The translations under genes and the position numbers were made by a program. The notes below the pieces were generated by a model. It was not told the DNA's origin. It ran no database searches and was given only the letters and a program-made list of their open reading frames with translations. 64,000 nucleotides of DNA from Octopus bimaculoides (lineage: Eukaryota): positions 67,565,126-67,629,125 of the forward strand of contig NC_068992.1 of NCBI RefSeq assembly GCF_001194135.2, in the 5' to 3' direction. Positions 39,331 to 54,754 of the stretch are shown here, in pieces (position 1 is the stretch's first letter; every line of letters begins with the position of its first letter).

Positions 39331-41221
39331 TCAAAGAATAAGGAACTATCATTTCTATATATAGTACATACAGTAATATGTGTCATAAAACAATTCCACA
39401 AGAGAATTAATAAGCGTAAAAAACTTTCCATGGAAAAAGATAAAAATCTCTTTACTTCGAAAATCTGTTTCTATATTTACGATCATTAACGAACTAAATG
39501 AAGTTGATTCAGGTTTTTCATAAAACATGCAACAAAATCCTTCACGTGTACATTTAGTATTAGCATTCATAGAATATTTTTATATAAATATCAAATGATT
39601 TGTGTATGTATGACTGTCTGCGTGTGAGTGTGTGTGTGTAACGGTCAACCCCTGCTTATGTACGTATTGTTCTGTCACTCTGTATATTGTTTACATGCAA
39701 GCTTGCATGTATGCGTTTATAAGGTTACGTTTGGTTTGCCAAGCCTATTGTTATTTAAGCGTTCTCAAGAACTGTGACTAACGTGAGCAGTAAATACTCT
39801 GGTTAAGTTATACTATCAACGTTTCTTCAAGGGCGAACGCTCTAATGGAAACTCATAATAGACAGATTTAGGCTTCCTTTAGAAATCATTCATCTGGAAA
39901 ACACTGGTTTGTAAAACATAACCTAATGAATAATTAATTATCCACAGGCGAAGTGAAAAAGAATTCTGTTATGTTTACTTATAATCAATCAATTACTCGC
40001 TAATAACAAAGTTTATTAGAAAATATACATTAATTCTATATGTGTATTAACACAGTAAAGATATAATCAATGTGGGGGGGGGGGGGTTCTTTTTATCGAT
40101 GCTTGGATTTACACAACGAAGGCTAATTTTGGATTAGCAATCAATTGATGCACAATATTCCATGTAGTGAAATCCTATTTAACATTTGATGATAATGCGC
40201 GCTTCGTTTTAGTGCTACAGTATTATATATCTGAACAGTCGATTCCCGTGTTAGACAGCAATATTTCAGAAAATCTCATTCGTCTGTTTTCCGTTATTTA
40301 GATATTGTAAGGAAGAAATCGTTTCAAAAGCGTGTTTCGAAATTACCACATATATAATTGTTTAAAACCCGCCATTAATACAAAGTGAGGATTGTACAAA
40401 TGTTAGTGAATACATTCGAAGGTGAGATGTAATCGTGATATCATGACCTATTCAAATTAGAAGCAAATATTCTCATATGTAATTTAAATTCGTCAAACGT
40501 TTGCCGAATGTGAAGTGATAACCTAAAGAACTCCATTCACTAACTGGATGGTAATCGGAGATAGATTTCTCTTAAATAATGCTTCTAATGCTTTAGAAAA
40601 TTGCAGTAACTTTGTAATTCCTCATTTTCTTTAATCTGACGCCAATAGGGTTAATAACAAAAGATGAAAATTCTCATATTCTTGTGATTCTAACATTGCC
40701 GTTGATGTTACAATCTATTCATGTCAGAAGATATTGTAAAATAAAGTAAAACCTTTCTACCTTTTTTTTTTTTTGTTATTATTTATCAGCGGGTCTTGTC
40801 ATAGCATATCTGATCATTGCTTCAAGCTCATGGGATCAGTAAAATGCAATGGCAGAAAGTAAATGTGCTGATAAGATCGATCAATGAAATCATTGCATCC
40901 TCAGAGCGAAGTCAACTCAGCTCACAAATCCGTACAAATACATTAAATGAAAATAAGTGATTTTAGGCAATGGCGTAAAGTAATCTCATGCGGATGAATA
41001 TAAAGTGAGATAGAAGATTAGGAATTTTCATGTGAATGACAAATGAGTATAAATCCACAAAATAGTTTAATGAATCACAGAATCGGAATATATTATTGAA
41101 TAAAGCAGGTTCAATAGAGTGAAATTGTGTCGAGTCATGTTAATGGTCATGAGGGAGAAAGACAAAGAAAGGCAATGAGAGATTAGTTAAAAACTGCAAG
41201 GTTGAGTTGTAAGAAATATAT

Positions 41222-41410
41222 ACAGGCGCAGGCTTGGCTATGTGCTGAAAAAGACCGCTTTGCAGCCACGCATTTTCGGGTACGGTCTTGCAGCCCGGCA
41301 TCTACAGTTGCCGTTTTCTCCTATAGTTTCAGATTGATCAATGTTTGTGACTAAATATGGTAAACAGAAACGGTACGGAAGCTCATCTTATGCATATGTT
41401 TGTATGTGCG
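41222..41410 (+). mobile_element. SINE family A 5' half, degenerate
   Basis: caggcgcaggcttggctatgtg head ... ggtaaacagaaacggtacggaagc, homologous to the reverse complement of 1270-1433. Confidence 0.6.
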
Positions 41411-41894
41411 TGCATCATTGTACTAGACCAATCCCTTAATAACTTGTGTTGTTTTATTTACATCTTCGTATAATAATGGATCTGCCAAAGCAGCCGATAG
41501 AGTAAGTGTCCAGCTTCAAATAATTCAGTGCTTCGAGCGATTTAAACGCCCAGACCCTTGAAATCGGTTGATCAGAATAGCCGTAGTTCACTGACGGAAA
41601 CGAATAAAAGATGCGTATATGTGTGTGTGCCAATGTGTACGACCGCTTATATAAGTGCATAAGGGTACTCAGAGCAAATGAGAAATTCTATAGAACTGAT
41701 ATGGCAGTCGACGTCAGACTAATGGGAAACGGTTAGAAATTCGTTGAATGCACGTTACCTTGTTTTTGTTTCAAGGTTTTGTTTTCGGTGGGGGGGGGGT
41801 ACTCTAATTTGTAGATTGTTTCATTTATATATATGTCAGACTGTAAGAAGGAGGACGAGAATAAGGAAGAAAAATAAACACAAGTAATACTATT

Positions 41895-42105
41895 ATCTTC
41901 GTATGAGATCCGAGGAAGGCTTCGACATGATTCTCCCTGGAAAATAGAATGAGATTCATAAAGAAAAGGTTTTACTATCTTTGGCTAATGGAGAAGGCAT
42001 TAAAATTGTCTGATTTAAATAGGAGTGGAAGCTTGGAGGACCGCTTATTGTTATCGCAACGAAAGCTATGAATAGCGAAAGTTTTGCTGAAATAGATGCC
42101 ACATA
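41895..42105 (+). pseudogene. Possible L1/Tx1 ORF2 fragment (pre-RT region)
   Basis: EKVLLSLANGEGIKIV*FK*EWKLGGPLI resembles AL.SM.NGKSPG.DG..VEFYK.FW..LG..L; stops in frame. Confidence 0.35.
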
Positions 42106-42154
42106 ATAAAGTTTGAAAATAAGTAAAATATGATGTTTTGTTTTATTTATTTAT

Positions 42155-42527
42155 CAGTCATTAGACTGCGGCCATGCTGGGGCACCACCTTCAGGAATTA
42201 CAGCCGAAAGGTTCGACGATCCTGGCTTATTTCCTTCTAAGCCTACTCTCTTTTGCCGAATATCTAAGTTGCGTGGAAGTAAACACACAAACACTGGTTG
42301 TGAAGTGGTAGTGGGAGACAAGCGAACACACACACACACGCACACATAAATATATATATATATACGACGGGCTTCTTTCAGTTTCCGTCCACCAAACCCA
42401 CTCACAAGTTTTTGGTGAGGCTGAGGTTACAGTAGAAGGCACACACCTAAAGTGCAACGCAATTGGAGTGAACTTGAAACCATGCGAATGGGAAACCAAG
42501 TTTTGACCATACAACTGCGCCTGCGCA
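42155..42527 (-). mobile_element. Full-length SINE family A
   Basis: Collinear with 1030-1433: tail cagtcattagactgcggccatgctgg, internal (CA)/(TA), gacgggcttctttcagtttccgtc, head ...ctgcgcctg. Confidence 0.85.
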
Positions 42528-43940
42528 CAACCAATCTAGTTTCCTTAGCGTTTTGAATTCCTCACCCTTATATAATCATGACGTTGGAACTATTTCATTC
42601 TGAGTACAATAAAATATACGTGTGTGTCTAAGGTTTGATGGTTCTACCACGAAATGGTCTTCAAAATATATATGTACATAATTCTTCTTATGCTTAATGA
42701 CATTTTAAGTCGCACATTAGCCATCATCAAACACGGGAACGTTACAAATTAGGAGTTGGCCAAGCACGGAATGCTTTGCAGCCTGATTGTCTTATATTGT
42801 TGAGGATATTTTTTGATGTCTTTCTCTGTTATTATTGTAGGAAATGATATGAAGTAAATGTGCTTTGCGGCTAATAAATTCATAACGTAGAAAATTCTTT
42901 AAAATAATCTATTCTACGATAGACACAAAATTGGTAATGCTTTATGTTTAAGAACATATTAATAAAATTTCCTCCTTTGATTCGAACATCGTTAATCGAC
43001 TTTAACTCTCTAATTAGGAAATATTGTTCAATTAGTGTAAAATTATTCACACGAGACAGAACTACTGTGAATATTTAGCGGTTCTCATAACATTGAGTAT
43101 ATATTTATTGCCAGTGAGCTGTTTAAAGTGTGTGATGCAGTAGACTTTGGTGTTGATAAAGTGACATAAAATTTCATTTGTATTTATCACTAATTAATTT
43201 GAATTTAAATATCGTTGTGGTTTTCTTTTTCTCTTCTTCTTTTACTGACACTTCACGGGAGAAATATGAAATAACAGAATGACAGTTGTAAATCGTCAGC
43301 ATTAATTAGGTTTATTTTCGAGAGTTAACATTTTATCAAGCGACATCGAACATTGAAATTTCCCATCCTGCTAGATTAATCCTTCCTCTTTACAAAGACA
43401 CTAGACAGCAAAGTCTTTATTACTAGCGAACCATTTGCACCATCGTGGAAGCCAATTCTCGAAGCGACTTTCACTTCTCTGCTGTTGTTCACATTTCTGC
43501 AGTAGAGCTTTCACGTCACTTTTGTCATCGAATCAGTCACGAAAGTCTGTCCTTCATGAGATCGAGCAGGTCGAAGTGACGATCAGCGATGTACGGTAGA
43601 TGCGAAAGCCACTGACCAGTCATATATGCCAATACCTTGACTAGCAGTCAAATACGTTCACGGTCACACATTGACACGGTGGATGTGGATCATTTTCAGA
43701 TACTCGTTCCGTTTTGTCATTCGAGTGGCTTCTCTACACTTTTAAATGTATCAATATCTACTTACTGATCACAATATCAAAGGGAAGTATGCCTTTATCA
43801 CCCCCAAAACAGGTATATGAATGCATGCGGCAAGATATTATGTAACATGTAGACAGCGTGCTTATAACTGTGGACGCCTCTGCCTATGTGTCTCTGTGGA
43901 GGTGTATGTACCTCTGTTTGTGTATGCATGTGAGTCTCTG

Positions 43941-43988
<48 letters not shown>

Positions 43989-45537
43989 GTGTGTGTGTGT
44001 GTGGATGTGCGCATGAAATTCATACTGTTATAACTTTTGAAGTTCAAATGTGTTTGTTTTTGAAATGTCAATTAATGACCAGACGTTCTGTAACCTGATT
44101 TGATTGCAACAAGAAAAAGCAAGAACGTTATTTTACTGTAGAAAATCAAATTAGTCCATACATTATAGGAATAGTTAGCTATAAGCTAAGATGTTTGTTT
44201 GATGTTTGTTAACATATTCTAAATATAAATTAATAATGCTTGTTAGTTTTAGGATGCTAAAAAATAATTCTAAATTGATATTTTGAACATCATGTATGTT
44301 CCATAACAATTTGTAACGTAAATTAAGAGAAAAGTCTATATTTTAAAAATGTGTTTCTACCAAGAAACACATAATCATATTCACCACACACACACAACTG
44401 TATACATACGCACATACATACACACCTATATATATATATACATATATGTGTGTGTATATATATATATATATAAATTTTTGGTACCGATACCGCACTTCGT
44501 TATGCTACTTTAAAATAATACCAAGTATATTAAAAGCTTAAGTCGATACTGTACTCTACCTACGTTAGCAGTGCGATTCAATCACTTTAAAACTCTCTCT
44601 ATATATTTTCTATACAAATTAGAAATACAGTGAAGTGCTTGCTTGTGGGTTCCAATATGCCTTCAGTATATTTCAATTGGTAACAAGTTTGCATTTATAT
44701 ACGTGTCACCCCGTATTTTATAAACGGCTAGCCGCTGAATAGCGCAACCAGTCATTGAACGATGGCAGGATTATCATAAAAATAACATGTCTCTCGTGTC
44801 TGTTCGCAGCTTTTCATTTTCCTTTGTCTCGTGTTGAAGAGGAGATAGCCACTCTGAAATGCATGAACCCAACAGTCCTGTTAAGCTTTGAGCTGTCTCG
44901 TTGTGTTTAAAAGTAACTGTCAACAGGGAGGGATTTTCTACTTAACAAAATGCAGCGAATGGCCTTTTTGCAGGTTCGAATATGCCTCAGGTATATTTGA
45001 ACTGGTAACGAATTTCTATATATGCCGGCAGCTTACATAGGCGTGAGGTTATCATTATGTTTATTTGTCTCCGCATAAAGGAATCTAGTATTAAGTCAAT
45101 ATATGAATGTAATAACATATAGACGTAGATAAAATGAAAAGCAATAAATTCCTGTTCATAACCTTTTATAGATGGCAGACAACGTGTTATAAAATTTCAA
45201 TTTATACTTGCAGAAATAAATGCATTTGTTTAACTTTTAGAAATTATATTTATTGTATATCTTTATTTTAGATCGACAATTGATGGATGACGAATAAATG
45301 GTTGCAGTGAAATCTAATCTGTGCTTCCAGGTAAAACTGATATCTAACTTTACATGTAACAGAAACTTAATAATTCCGAATTTATGCTTAGGGTATTAAT
45401 ACTTTGCATGTTTTTTTTTATTTCTTTGTTGGAGAGAAACTGTTTTTGCCGATCAAGATTTGATATAATTTAATCAATTTCATAATAGAATTAATGTAGA
45501 TATTAATCAAAATCAAAATAACATTTTGATTAAAATT

Positions 45538-45573
<36 letters not shown>

Positions 45574-45595
45574 CATTTCTATATATATGTATATA

Positions 45596-45659
<64 letters not shown>

Positions 45660-45671
45660 CAAATGAGTTAT

Positions 45672-46040
45672 AGTCTTCAACATATCCATCTTGCGGTACA
45701 CATTTCTTCCACCGGTATTACAGTGAGTGGAACCCACGGTGAAGAAGCTTTTATCATGTTGGTAAAAAAAAAATCATCAACTAGAGGTGTAAAATGATCA
45801 TCAGTGCGATACTGCTTCCCAGCCAAGTGTTATTCATGTTGGGGAAAATCAGGATTATAAGGAAGGTGATCGACCAATTGAAAGCCACTGTCACATAGCA
45901 CCGTTATTAAAAGCAGGGTCTTGTGTGCTGGAACATTGTCGTGATGAAACAAATCCACTTTTGTAAATTTTCTCGTTCGTTTAACCTTGATTGCCTTTCG
46001 TGAGACTCACCACGTTGGCATGGTTGAGAATTTTATAGGA
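45672..46040 (-). pseudogene. Mariner (DD34D) transposase 3' half, frameshifted
   Basis: LFHHDNVPAHK, LVDHLPYNPDF (HPPYSPDL), HLAGKQYRTDD, RWKKCVPQDGYVE. Confidence 0.9.
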
Positions 46041-46705
46041 TGACCATGAAGGAGTATTGCTAGAGCAAGTCGGCAAATTCTCTACTCACTTGCGTATGAA
46101 TTCGTGAGTGGATATATGCTGATGAGATGTCTGTCACGTAGGTTATGCAGTTTCTCGCATATTGGTATTATCATTCTGGTCTAGTCACCTAATATAGATA
46201 AAGTCATTTATGAATGTTGACTATTCATGGCCATGCTATTGAGATAATATAACAGCATTCTTCGATCCATCACCCATTTTCACCGTTACTTCAACTGGTA
46301 ATCATTACGAGCGCTAACTTAACGTTGTGTAACTTGATAGCACATGACACGCGATACAGACACTTGCAGTTACGGTAATCACGTCAAACGTGCCAACGGA
46401 AAAACTAACATACAAAGCAAACTGTTTACAGGTGAAGTAATGACGAACATTTCTGCGCAGATAACTCATTATTTAGAGGCATATCATTTGGAGGAGATTT
46501 TCTGTGTCTTTCAAACAAAATACCTTTAAAGTACTCTCATTAACCAATTCGAAAAGATGTCTAATTTTATTTATTATTGTTGATGTTAACATATTTGTTC
46601 CATTTCATTTAACTAACACATTTGCAATTTTTCATTATTTTATTAAATTAATATCTAAAATGGTACTCTGGCGTGTAATGCATACTTCCTGCTAGCCAGT
46701 GGCGT

Positions 46706-46772
<67 letters not shown>

Positions 46773-46806
46773 CATACATACATGCACACACACACATACA
46801 CACATA

Positions 46807-46851
<45 letters not shown>

Positions 46852-46929
46852 GACAAAGGAATATGAATATGTACGTCTGTATGAATATGAATAAAATGTA
46901 TGTATTGTCAAGTCTACACATGTGTCTAT

Positions 46930-47200
46930 ATGAATCATATGTTGAAGAAGAATTACAGATGGAATTCTACTTTCATGATGCTAAAACTGTATATGAAATG
47001 ACTATTGAAGAATTCTCTATTGATGGATATAAGGAGGAATTTATTTCATTCTCGCCTTGCATTCATATCGATGTTTACTGTTTATGCATAATGTGGATGA
47101 TGTACTTCGTAACATTGGGCCTATTATATTGCTATGGAGCGTGTCAGAATCCACAAATGTGGTACAGTCGCAAATTCTAGTCCATAAAAAATTCAGCCAC
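46930..47200 (+). pseudogene. Possible CACTA/EnSpm-like transposase fragment
   Basis: YKEEFISF..CIH and DDVLRNIGPIILLWSVSESTN resemble YG.EF..YNVH.L.HL.DDV...GPL...S.F.FE..N. Confidence 0.35.
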
Positions 47201-50200
47201 GCCCTGGTCCTTTTCTCCTGTCTGTTATCTTCTACAATAACGTAATTCATTTCTAGCTGGTATTTTCAATCATTTTTTTTTTTGACATCGTGTTAATGCA
47301 CTTTTGGTAATGCACTGTGGCTGCTGTATTATTCCATTATTAATTCTCATTGATGTCAATTTCTTATTAAATGTGTGTTTATTCTGTATTTTTTTTTCTG
47401 TTCGTGTCTAAAGTTATGTTTGTGTGTTCGGACGAATGTCTTTATCGGGATGTTTGATTTACATTTGTCGCAATACTCTGTTTTCTTTCTTTTGTTTTAT
47501 AGGTTCTATATTATCTTTTCTTCTTTTACCTTTTTTTCTGTGGAGCCAATCATTTCATATGTTTTCGTCAGTGTCTCGGTTTCTTTCTTCTGAGGGATCG
47601 TTTCTTTATCTTATATGGCAGATGCTGTTGTAATGCTTTTATTCGCCAATTTAATATTTTATCACTTGCTTCGTTATCTGTCTGTCTGTATGTCTTTCTA
47701 ATTTCTTGTGTCACTATTTCGGGCTATTTGTATTGATTATTAAACATTTCAATGAATTCACAAATGCAATCTCATCGTTAAATGTTTCTCATTTCTTTCT
47801 GTCCCTCCACTACCTGTAACCCCTTCATACTTCAAAGTTCTCGAATCTACCTGATAAATTATTGACATGTAATAAAACCGTAAACATCAGTTACTCAAAC
47901 TTCTTCCTTTTTTATAAACATTATACGTATTTAAAAGGTAAACAGGAAGCGGGAGCGGGTAGCATTTTTGTCAACCATTTGAAAGTTCACTTTCTTGAAC
48001 TTTGTCATGCATTGCTTTCAGCTCATCATGCTATAGAGTTACGTCCCGAGATTCTCTATACACTCTAATTGGACCAATCACACTTATATTGGTGATCGAT
48101 TCATAAATACGGTTGTTTTGTTTACAAATGCCAGTAGATCCGCATCGTCCTTTGCTAAATTTAATAGTTTGTTTCATTTCTACCTTTTGTGTTTACCCGA
48201 AGTGTTCATTTTCTTTTCATATCACTATGAATCTGTTCGTGTTCTCTACTCCACCTGCCTTCTCTTTTCTGCATTGCTTGTATTGAGATGCTTATTCAAA
48301 CTCTGAATTTCTCTCCCACACGTCCACTCAACTTATACACTTATGCACATAAATTTTGTGTATTCCTTCAAAAATATATGTTCTCTGTAACAATTACATG
48401 AGATATCAATATCAATTATCGCCCTTCTAACAAGAGTTAATTTCTTTTTTTCTTTTTTTATAATTTACGCGTTAATTTAGACAGAAACGTTTATTTTATT
48501 CCCGAATGTGTTGCAATCTACTTACGATGTATTTCAGAATTTTGCAGAATGTTATGCTTTCAGCTCCATGTCATGCAGCTCAATTTCAAAATTATAGTAT
48601 TCCTTTTATATCTGTATTTTAAGTATTTCTTTCATATTCGATGAAAACTATTTCAAATATTGACAGCAGAGAATTTATGTAAAGTACCTCAAATATGCAA
48701 TACGCAAACACACAGACTCAGATATGTGTACGTGAGTTGTATTTGTTGGTGTGTATAAGTGTACGTTTGTATGCGTCTCTGTGATTTATCTTGTATGAAA
48801 ATGGAAGTCAATAGAAATATATTTATAATTGAAGTGACATGCACAGTCAAATTTAAACACAAACTTCATGAGGATTGCTATCTAATTTTGAAATCTGCCA
48901 AATTTAGAATCCTATTGTCGACAGGAATTCATAAAGAATATTTTCAAGCCTATCATTCACTTTCATTGGAGTGTAAGTTGAATGATATAAAATGATATAA
49001 AAAAAAAAAAAACCTGATCACATATGTTGACAGCTCGTACAAATCTTTGCATGCAACAATTTATAGCTTTCTCCCAAAACATAAGAATAATAGAATACAC
49101 CTAACACATATTTTCTTCGCGAAAATAGTGCAACCGCCGTTGCCACATACATATATCCAAACATCCATACAAATATATATCTATGTATATTTGTGTTTAT
49201 ATNNNNNNNNNNATCAGGTGGCATGTGAAATGAATTCAAAACAAAGGAAGCACTTAGTACGTTACTCTATGGGTAATATCGATTCCATGTAATATCAACA
49301 GGTTTTTATTTTATGACATTATGGAAAACATCAAGTGTTTGCTAGAGAGAGGAAATCATTTCTGATGTTACGCGTACTCTATGACGTTAATTTCGGTTGA
49401 AACTTAAACCAAAACGACGTTACATTAACATCAATGTTTGTGGATTACATTGGATTCTCTTTTAAAAAGAGAAATGAGTCACTCTGACTGTATTTACTAA
49501 AATATTTCACATCACTAATTTAGTTAATAGTTTCACTGCTTGAGTTGATCTAAGATTAAAAAATCTTCAGCCTAGCAATTATTATACAAATCGGAGTACT
49601 CTTGGTGCATGGTTGTTGTGTGGTTTAGTGTCCCTCACGAATTTCAGTTTTCAGATGTAATTTGGAAAGGCTGTGATGTTCTTCTTTTCTTAATACCGCA
49701 TTCATCGACACATGTTCGCAGGTATTACTTAACACACACATAGGTACACAAACAAGGATACAAATAGCACAAATGAATACATAAATATATATATATATAT
49801 ATATAAACTTGCGCGGCATGGATCTAATGTACGTGTCTCAGAACTGTCCGTAACGTCAGCATTTTATACAAAACCTTTTGATCATGGCCTGAGCTCCAAA
49901 CTCAATGAGTTTAATGCAGTCAGTTGAGTTTAGTGGCATTTAATGTTCTCTACGTAACATTAGCAACGACGAGAACAGTAGATGTCATTGAGTGAAACTA
50001 ACATCTCACAATTTAGGGCTCACCACACTAAACCAAGCCATGATAAATCATCAATCGTTGAAATTAATATTTGAATATCGGAAACTGTGAAACCAATTTG
50101 ATGACAACTCCTGAACAATTGATGAAATGAACTTCAACATTCAAAGCTAACTGTTGGAACGTTTCCTCTTTATTCGTCCTTTCCATCGCTTCAATTCATC

Positions 50201-51839
50201 ATTTTTATTTCTTCAAGGAAACAAAGAGTGAACATGAATTCGCGTGGATTTGATACTCCGGAGAAGAGAAGACAAGCTGTACATTAAAATTAGAAAGAAA
50301 AAAAAGAAAAAACAACACCTGTCAACATTTGATCAGGAGGATGTTTTTGACATTAATGGATAATGGGAAGAATGCTAGTTGTCGTTCTTGTGTTGGATAT
50401 AACACAACAGTAGGAGAGTAAAATGTAATAATAATAATGATGATGCTAATAACAACAATGATAATAACGATAAAGTTGATGATAATGTAGGAATGATTAT
50501 TAATAACTGCCTGGGTTGACATTTGCATACTCTATTCAAGTAATTGTCTCATGGCCATTTTTTCAAAGCAGAACACGTTTTCTGATTGTGACCATTAAAA
50601 TTGAAATTTCTTTAACCACGTTTTCACAGTTGATCTGCTTTGCTATGCATATCCCGTTAGATGGATTTTCAGGTTAGTAGTAATAAACTATTGATTGATT
50701 TTTCCCCCGCATATTCACTAGGTCTGGATTGTTATCAGCGATATCTAAAACATTACAGAAACAAATACAAAGAGACGTAAGATATCTTTTATGCGTTTTA
50801 AAATTCGGCTTTGACAATTTTATTAGTTGTATTGTTGAATTAAAGTTTTCGGCGTGAAAATCTGAACAGTTCCAAACTCGCAAACATCTTGTATTCATTG
50901 TATAGGAGAAGATGGAGTCTAAAATTACGGGTAACACAGTTTGAATATATTTTCGATTTGGAAACCTGAAAACACTAAAGAATACACATGAGCACTATCA
51001 GAAGTTAATAGTGAAAAAAGTACTGAATTGGTTGCAGGGTAATTTCTATTCAATAATTTTATCTAGAAAGGTAAAACATAGGAGACGAAACATAATGTCA
51101 TAAATGAGTGTAGTATCATGAATTAACCAAGAGATGTGATATAGCATCTGCCTAAATGTATATTTGATACGATATATACAGAAGTAAAGACTGATTTGAA
51201 ATGCAACCAATTTTATCGAGCTCGATCCTAAATGATGCGCGCGCGCACACACATATAAAAAAATAGTATGAGGAAACGGAAGGAAAAGGCTTCCTTACAA
51301 ATCATTACAGTTCTTTTGGCACATCATTATCAGTTGGTAATTGCTAAATACTACATCTATTATTCACATTGCATAAATACGATTCCACGGTAGTTGTATG
51401 CACGCGCGTCGTCAGATGTGTAGGGTCCAAAGCATGCAAGACCGTCTTTAGTTTCTTTCTGTTACACACACAATATATACTATACAAAAGCCTGCATCGT
51501 TTGTTGGGAGTGGGGACACCAGACATAATGTTATTCAATGATAACATTATTAACAAGCTCTCAGGTAAATTGTTCTAACGTCTTACCATAAACTTAAAAG
51601 TGGGATTTTGGAATTTCGAAGAAGCCTGTGAAATGTAATATTATACCAATCATTAATTTACTGAAAAACGTATATCTTGATGGGATATTTATTTATTCAT
51701 TTATTATTATTACTATCATCATCGTCATCATCATCGTATTCTTGTGTAATTAAATTGTTATATCATAATAATTTGTATGTATGTAAAGATATTTGGTTAA
51801 AAATGAAGCAGCTATATGATAGAAGTATTTAGCATAACG

Positions 51840-51874
<35 letters not shown>

Positions 51875-52430
51875 ACATGTTCTTGACCCCGAGACAGAGG
51901 ATAAACTGTTTTTACTTGAAAGATTATTAGTCTTACCGATATTTGATAAGAGATACGTTGAAACTTGTAATATTTTCTTTATATAATTTTAAAACCAATT
52001 TTATTAAATTCCCTCTTAAATTGAAATGTCTTAGACTTGCTTTACGTCGGGGCTATTTCGCCCTTATACGCGCGCGCGCGCGTGTGTGTGTGTGTGTGTG
52101 TGTAGTGTGTGTNNNNNNNNNNNNNNNNNNNNNNNNNNNNNNNNNNNNNNNNNNNNNNNNNNNNNNNNNNNNNNNNNNNNNNNNNNNNNNNNNNNNNNNN
52201 NNNNNNNNNNNNNNNNNNNNNNNNNNNNNNNNNNNNNNNNNNNNNNNNNNNNNNNNNNNNNNNNNNNNNNNNNNNNNNNNNNNNNNNNNNNNNNNNNNNN
52301 NNNNNNNNNNNNNNNNNNNNNNNNNNNNNNNNNNNNNNNNNNNNNNNNNNNNNNNNNNNNNNNNNNNNNNNNNNNNNNNNNNNNNNNNNNNNNNNNNNNN
52401 NNNNNNNNNNNNNNNNNNNNNNNNNNNNNN

Positions 52431-52489
<59 letters not shown>

Positions 52490-54661
52490 ACATTAGCGCT
52501 AAACAAATGCAAGTGCATTGTAAGGTTGAGTACAAATAAGTCTTCCTGGTTTAATAACCCCTCCTCGTGACCAGTAGAGCAACTGTGATGAAGCTCGCGA
52601 CAGTAATGCTATGCAATAAAACTTTATAAGCCGACAGACTTTGGTCTTCTGCTATGCGAAGCAAGTGACTATTTGCCACTGATTTCCATTGAGATGAAAC
52701 GGTAACACACGAAATACAGGTATTTGTGCAAAGTTTAACATTTTATGACATTATCAGAGTAGAAGTCCGTGTTTAAGGATGAAAGGAATGGGGGCGTTCT
52801 TTATTTTTTTTATTTCCAATAATTTAAATCGGGTATTTTTTCTCACTTGTATTTCCGTGATATTCTTTTTCAATGGAATTCTTGAAATAACATAGTGCTG
52901 TGGGTATCAAAGAAAAAGTTACTAAAGGTGTGGATGTGTGTGTGTGTGTGTGTGTGTTACAGAATGTTAATTTTCAGCTTGAAGTCTTGATTAATTGTGC
53001 TTTCTAAATACGTTGTATATTCAATGACCCGTCAACTACAACAAAATTGTTCTGTTGAAAAAATTAAATCCACTGAAACAAACAGAGGAAACTGTAATGT
53101 ATGAGGATTGAAGTAGAAACAGGAAGATATAAAATAGAGCTGAACAAGTGATGAATTCACATATTGACTATAGGGATGAAATCATGTTTTCATACGAACG
53201 TTGAATTACATGTTGAATTAGAGAGTTGCTATGAGTGGTTTTAAACATGATTTCCTGACTACAGCTTGTGAAACAGAGCGTGGAGAAAGAAACAATAATT
53301 CAACAATCAGTTAACATGTTTGAAATGAATGTAGACGTACCAAATTAACATCAGTTTGATTAACGACATCATATATTTATATTTTTCTTTATATTGCCAT
53401 ATTTCCGAAATCTTGCGTTAGACTGTTTATCAAAATGTTTTTCAGCATATTAATATAAATGTCAAAGCAAGGAAAAGCAATCAACTGTCGCATTATAACA
53501 CGCATAAAAGTATCTTTATACATTTTGGTTTTACATTTAATTTACTTAATAACTTCGTCTTACAGGATGAATTTCTTATGGCAATACAACGTTTTAAGTA
53601 AAGTGACTTTTCATGTTATTAATGTTAAGAAAAGCCTGATTGCAATATTTATCTTTGTTGGTTCTATCAACATTGAAATGTTTACATTCACTGCATTTCG
53701 TATATTCTGATTTCAATAGAAATCACTGAATTTTAACGGAAAATATGCATCCGGCGATGATTGTGTCATTCTTTTCCAATTTATACATCACGCAAATTCC
53801 TTTTAATTTCAAACAAGAGAAAAAGGCATCAATGTTACATAATGCATTGCTAATGACATTGCACCTTTAAAAAACATGCAGATATTTTAATGAATTGTAA
53901 GTAGTCAAGTCTGTATATAACATTAAGACGGATTATATGACAACAGCTTTGATATAATCTAATCATTAACTTATTATATTAAGAATTGTCTGAAGAATTG
54001 TCTCAAGAATTATGAACATGAATATTCTGTTGCTAGACACTTCAACATTACACTATAAGATGGCGGAATCTGTGCAAGGGCTAAAAAAATACAACAACGC
54101 TAATAATCTTAATAATGGTAAAATGTACGGTTAATTATTTGGTAACGTTTCATATAAGATCCAATATTCACAATTTCACAAGGCAAGATGTATCAATGTA
54201 CAAATCTGAAGAAAACACGAAGCATTAAGAAATATAAAAAAAAGTTTACATTAGAAGTATCTTTCCACGAAGAAGCCAAAAATTCTATTCATTCGCCACC
54301 AACATTCACAATTGTATATTCTATCACTGATCACTGATATGTCCCTATATATATATATATATACATACATACACGTGTTTCACGTCTCTCGGGGCATACT
54401 CCTCACGCGCTCCAAAGTATATCAGGGACTGTATATTGTACACGATGTACGCTTCTGGATGAGCCCGCAGGCTAGATATAAAATCAGTTGGGTTAGATTA
54501 ATTGTATACATAACCTGAATATCTTTCTGCATGACTTACTGTATCAACATTCCTATTCCTGTATAGTTGCTCTGTAAATATTTTACTTTCACCCGACCCG
54601 GTGCGTTACTATTTAAGTGCCTGATAGAGCTGAAGCCTAATATATGATATAATATAATATA

Positions 54662-54704
<43 letters not shown>

Positions 54705-54710
54705 GAGAGA

Positions 54711-54754
54711 GCATATAGAGAGCATATAGAGAGCATATAGAGAACATATAGAGA
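54711..54754. repeat. 11-bp tandem repeat (GCATATAGAGA) x4
   Basis: Read directly; the last unit starts with A. Confidence 0.9.
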
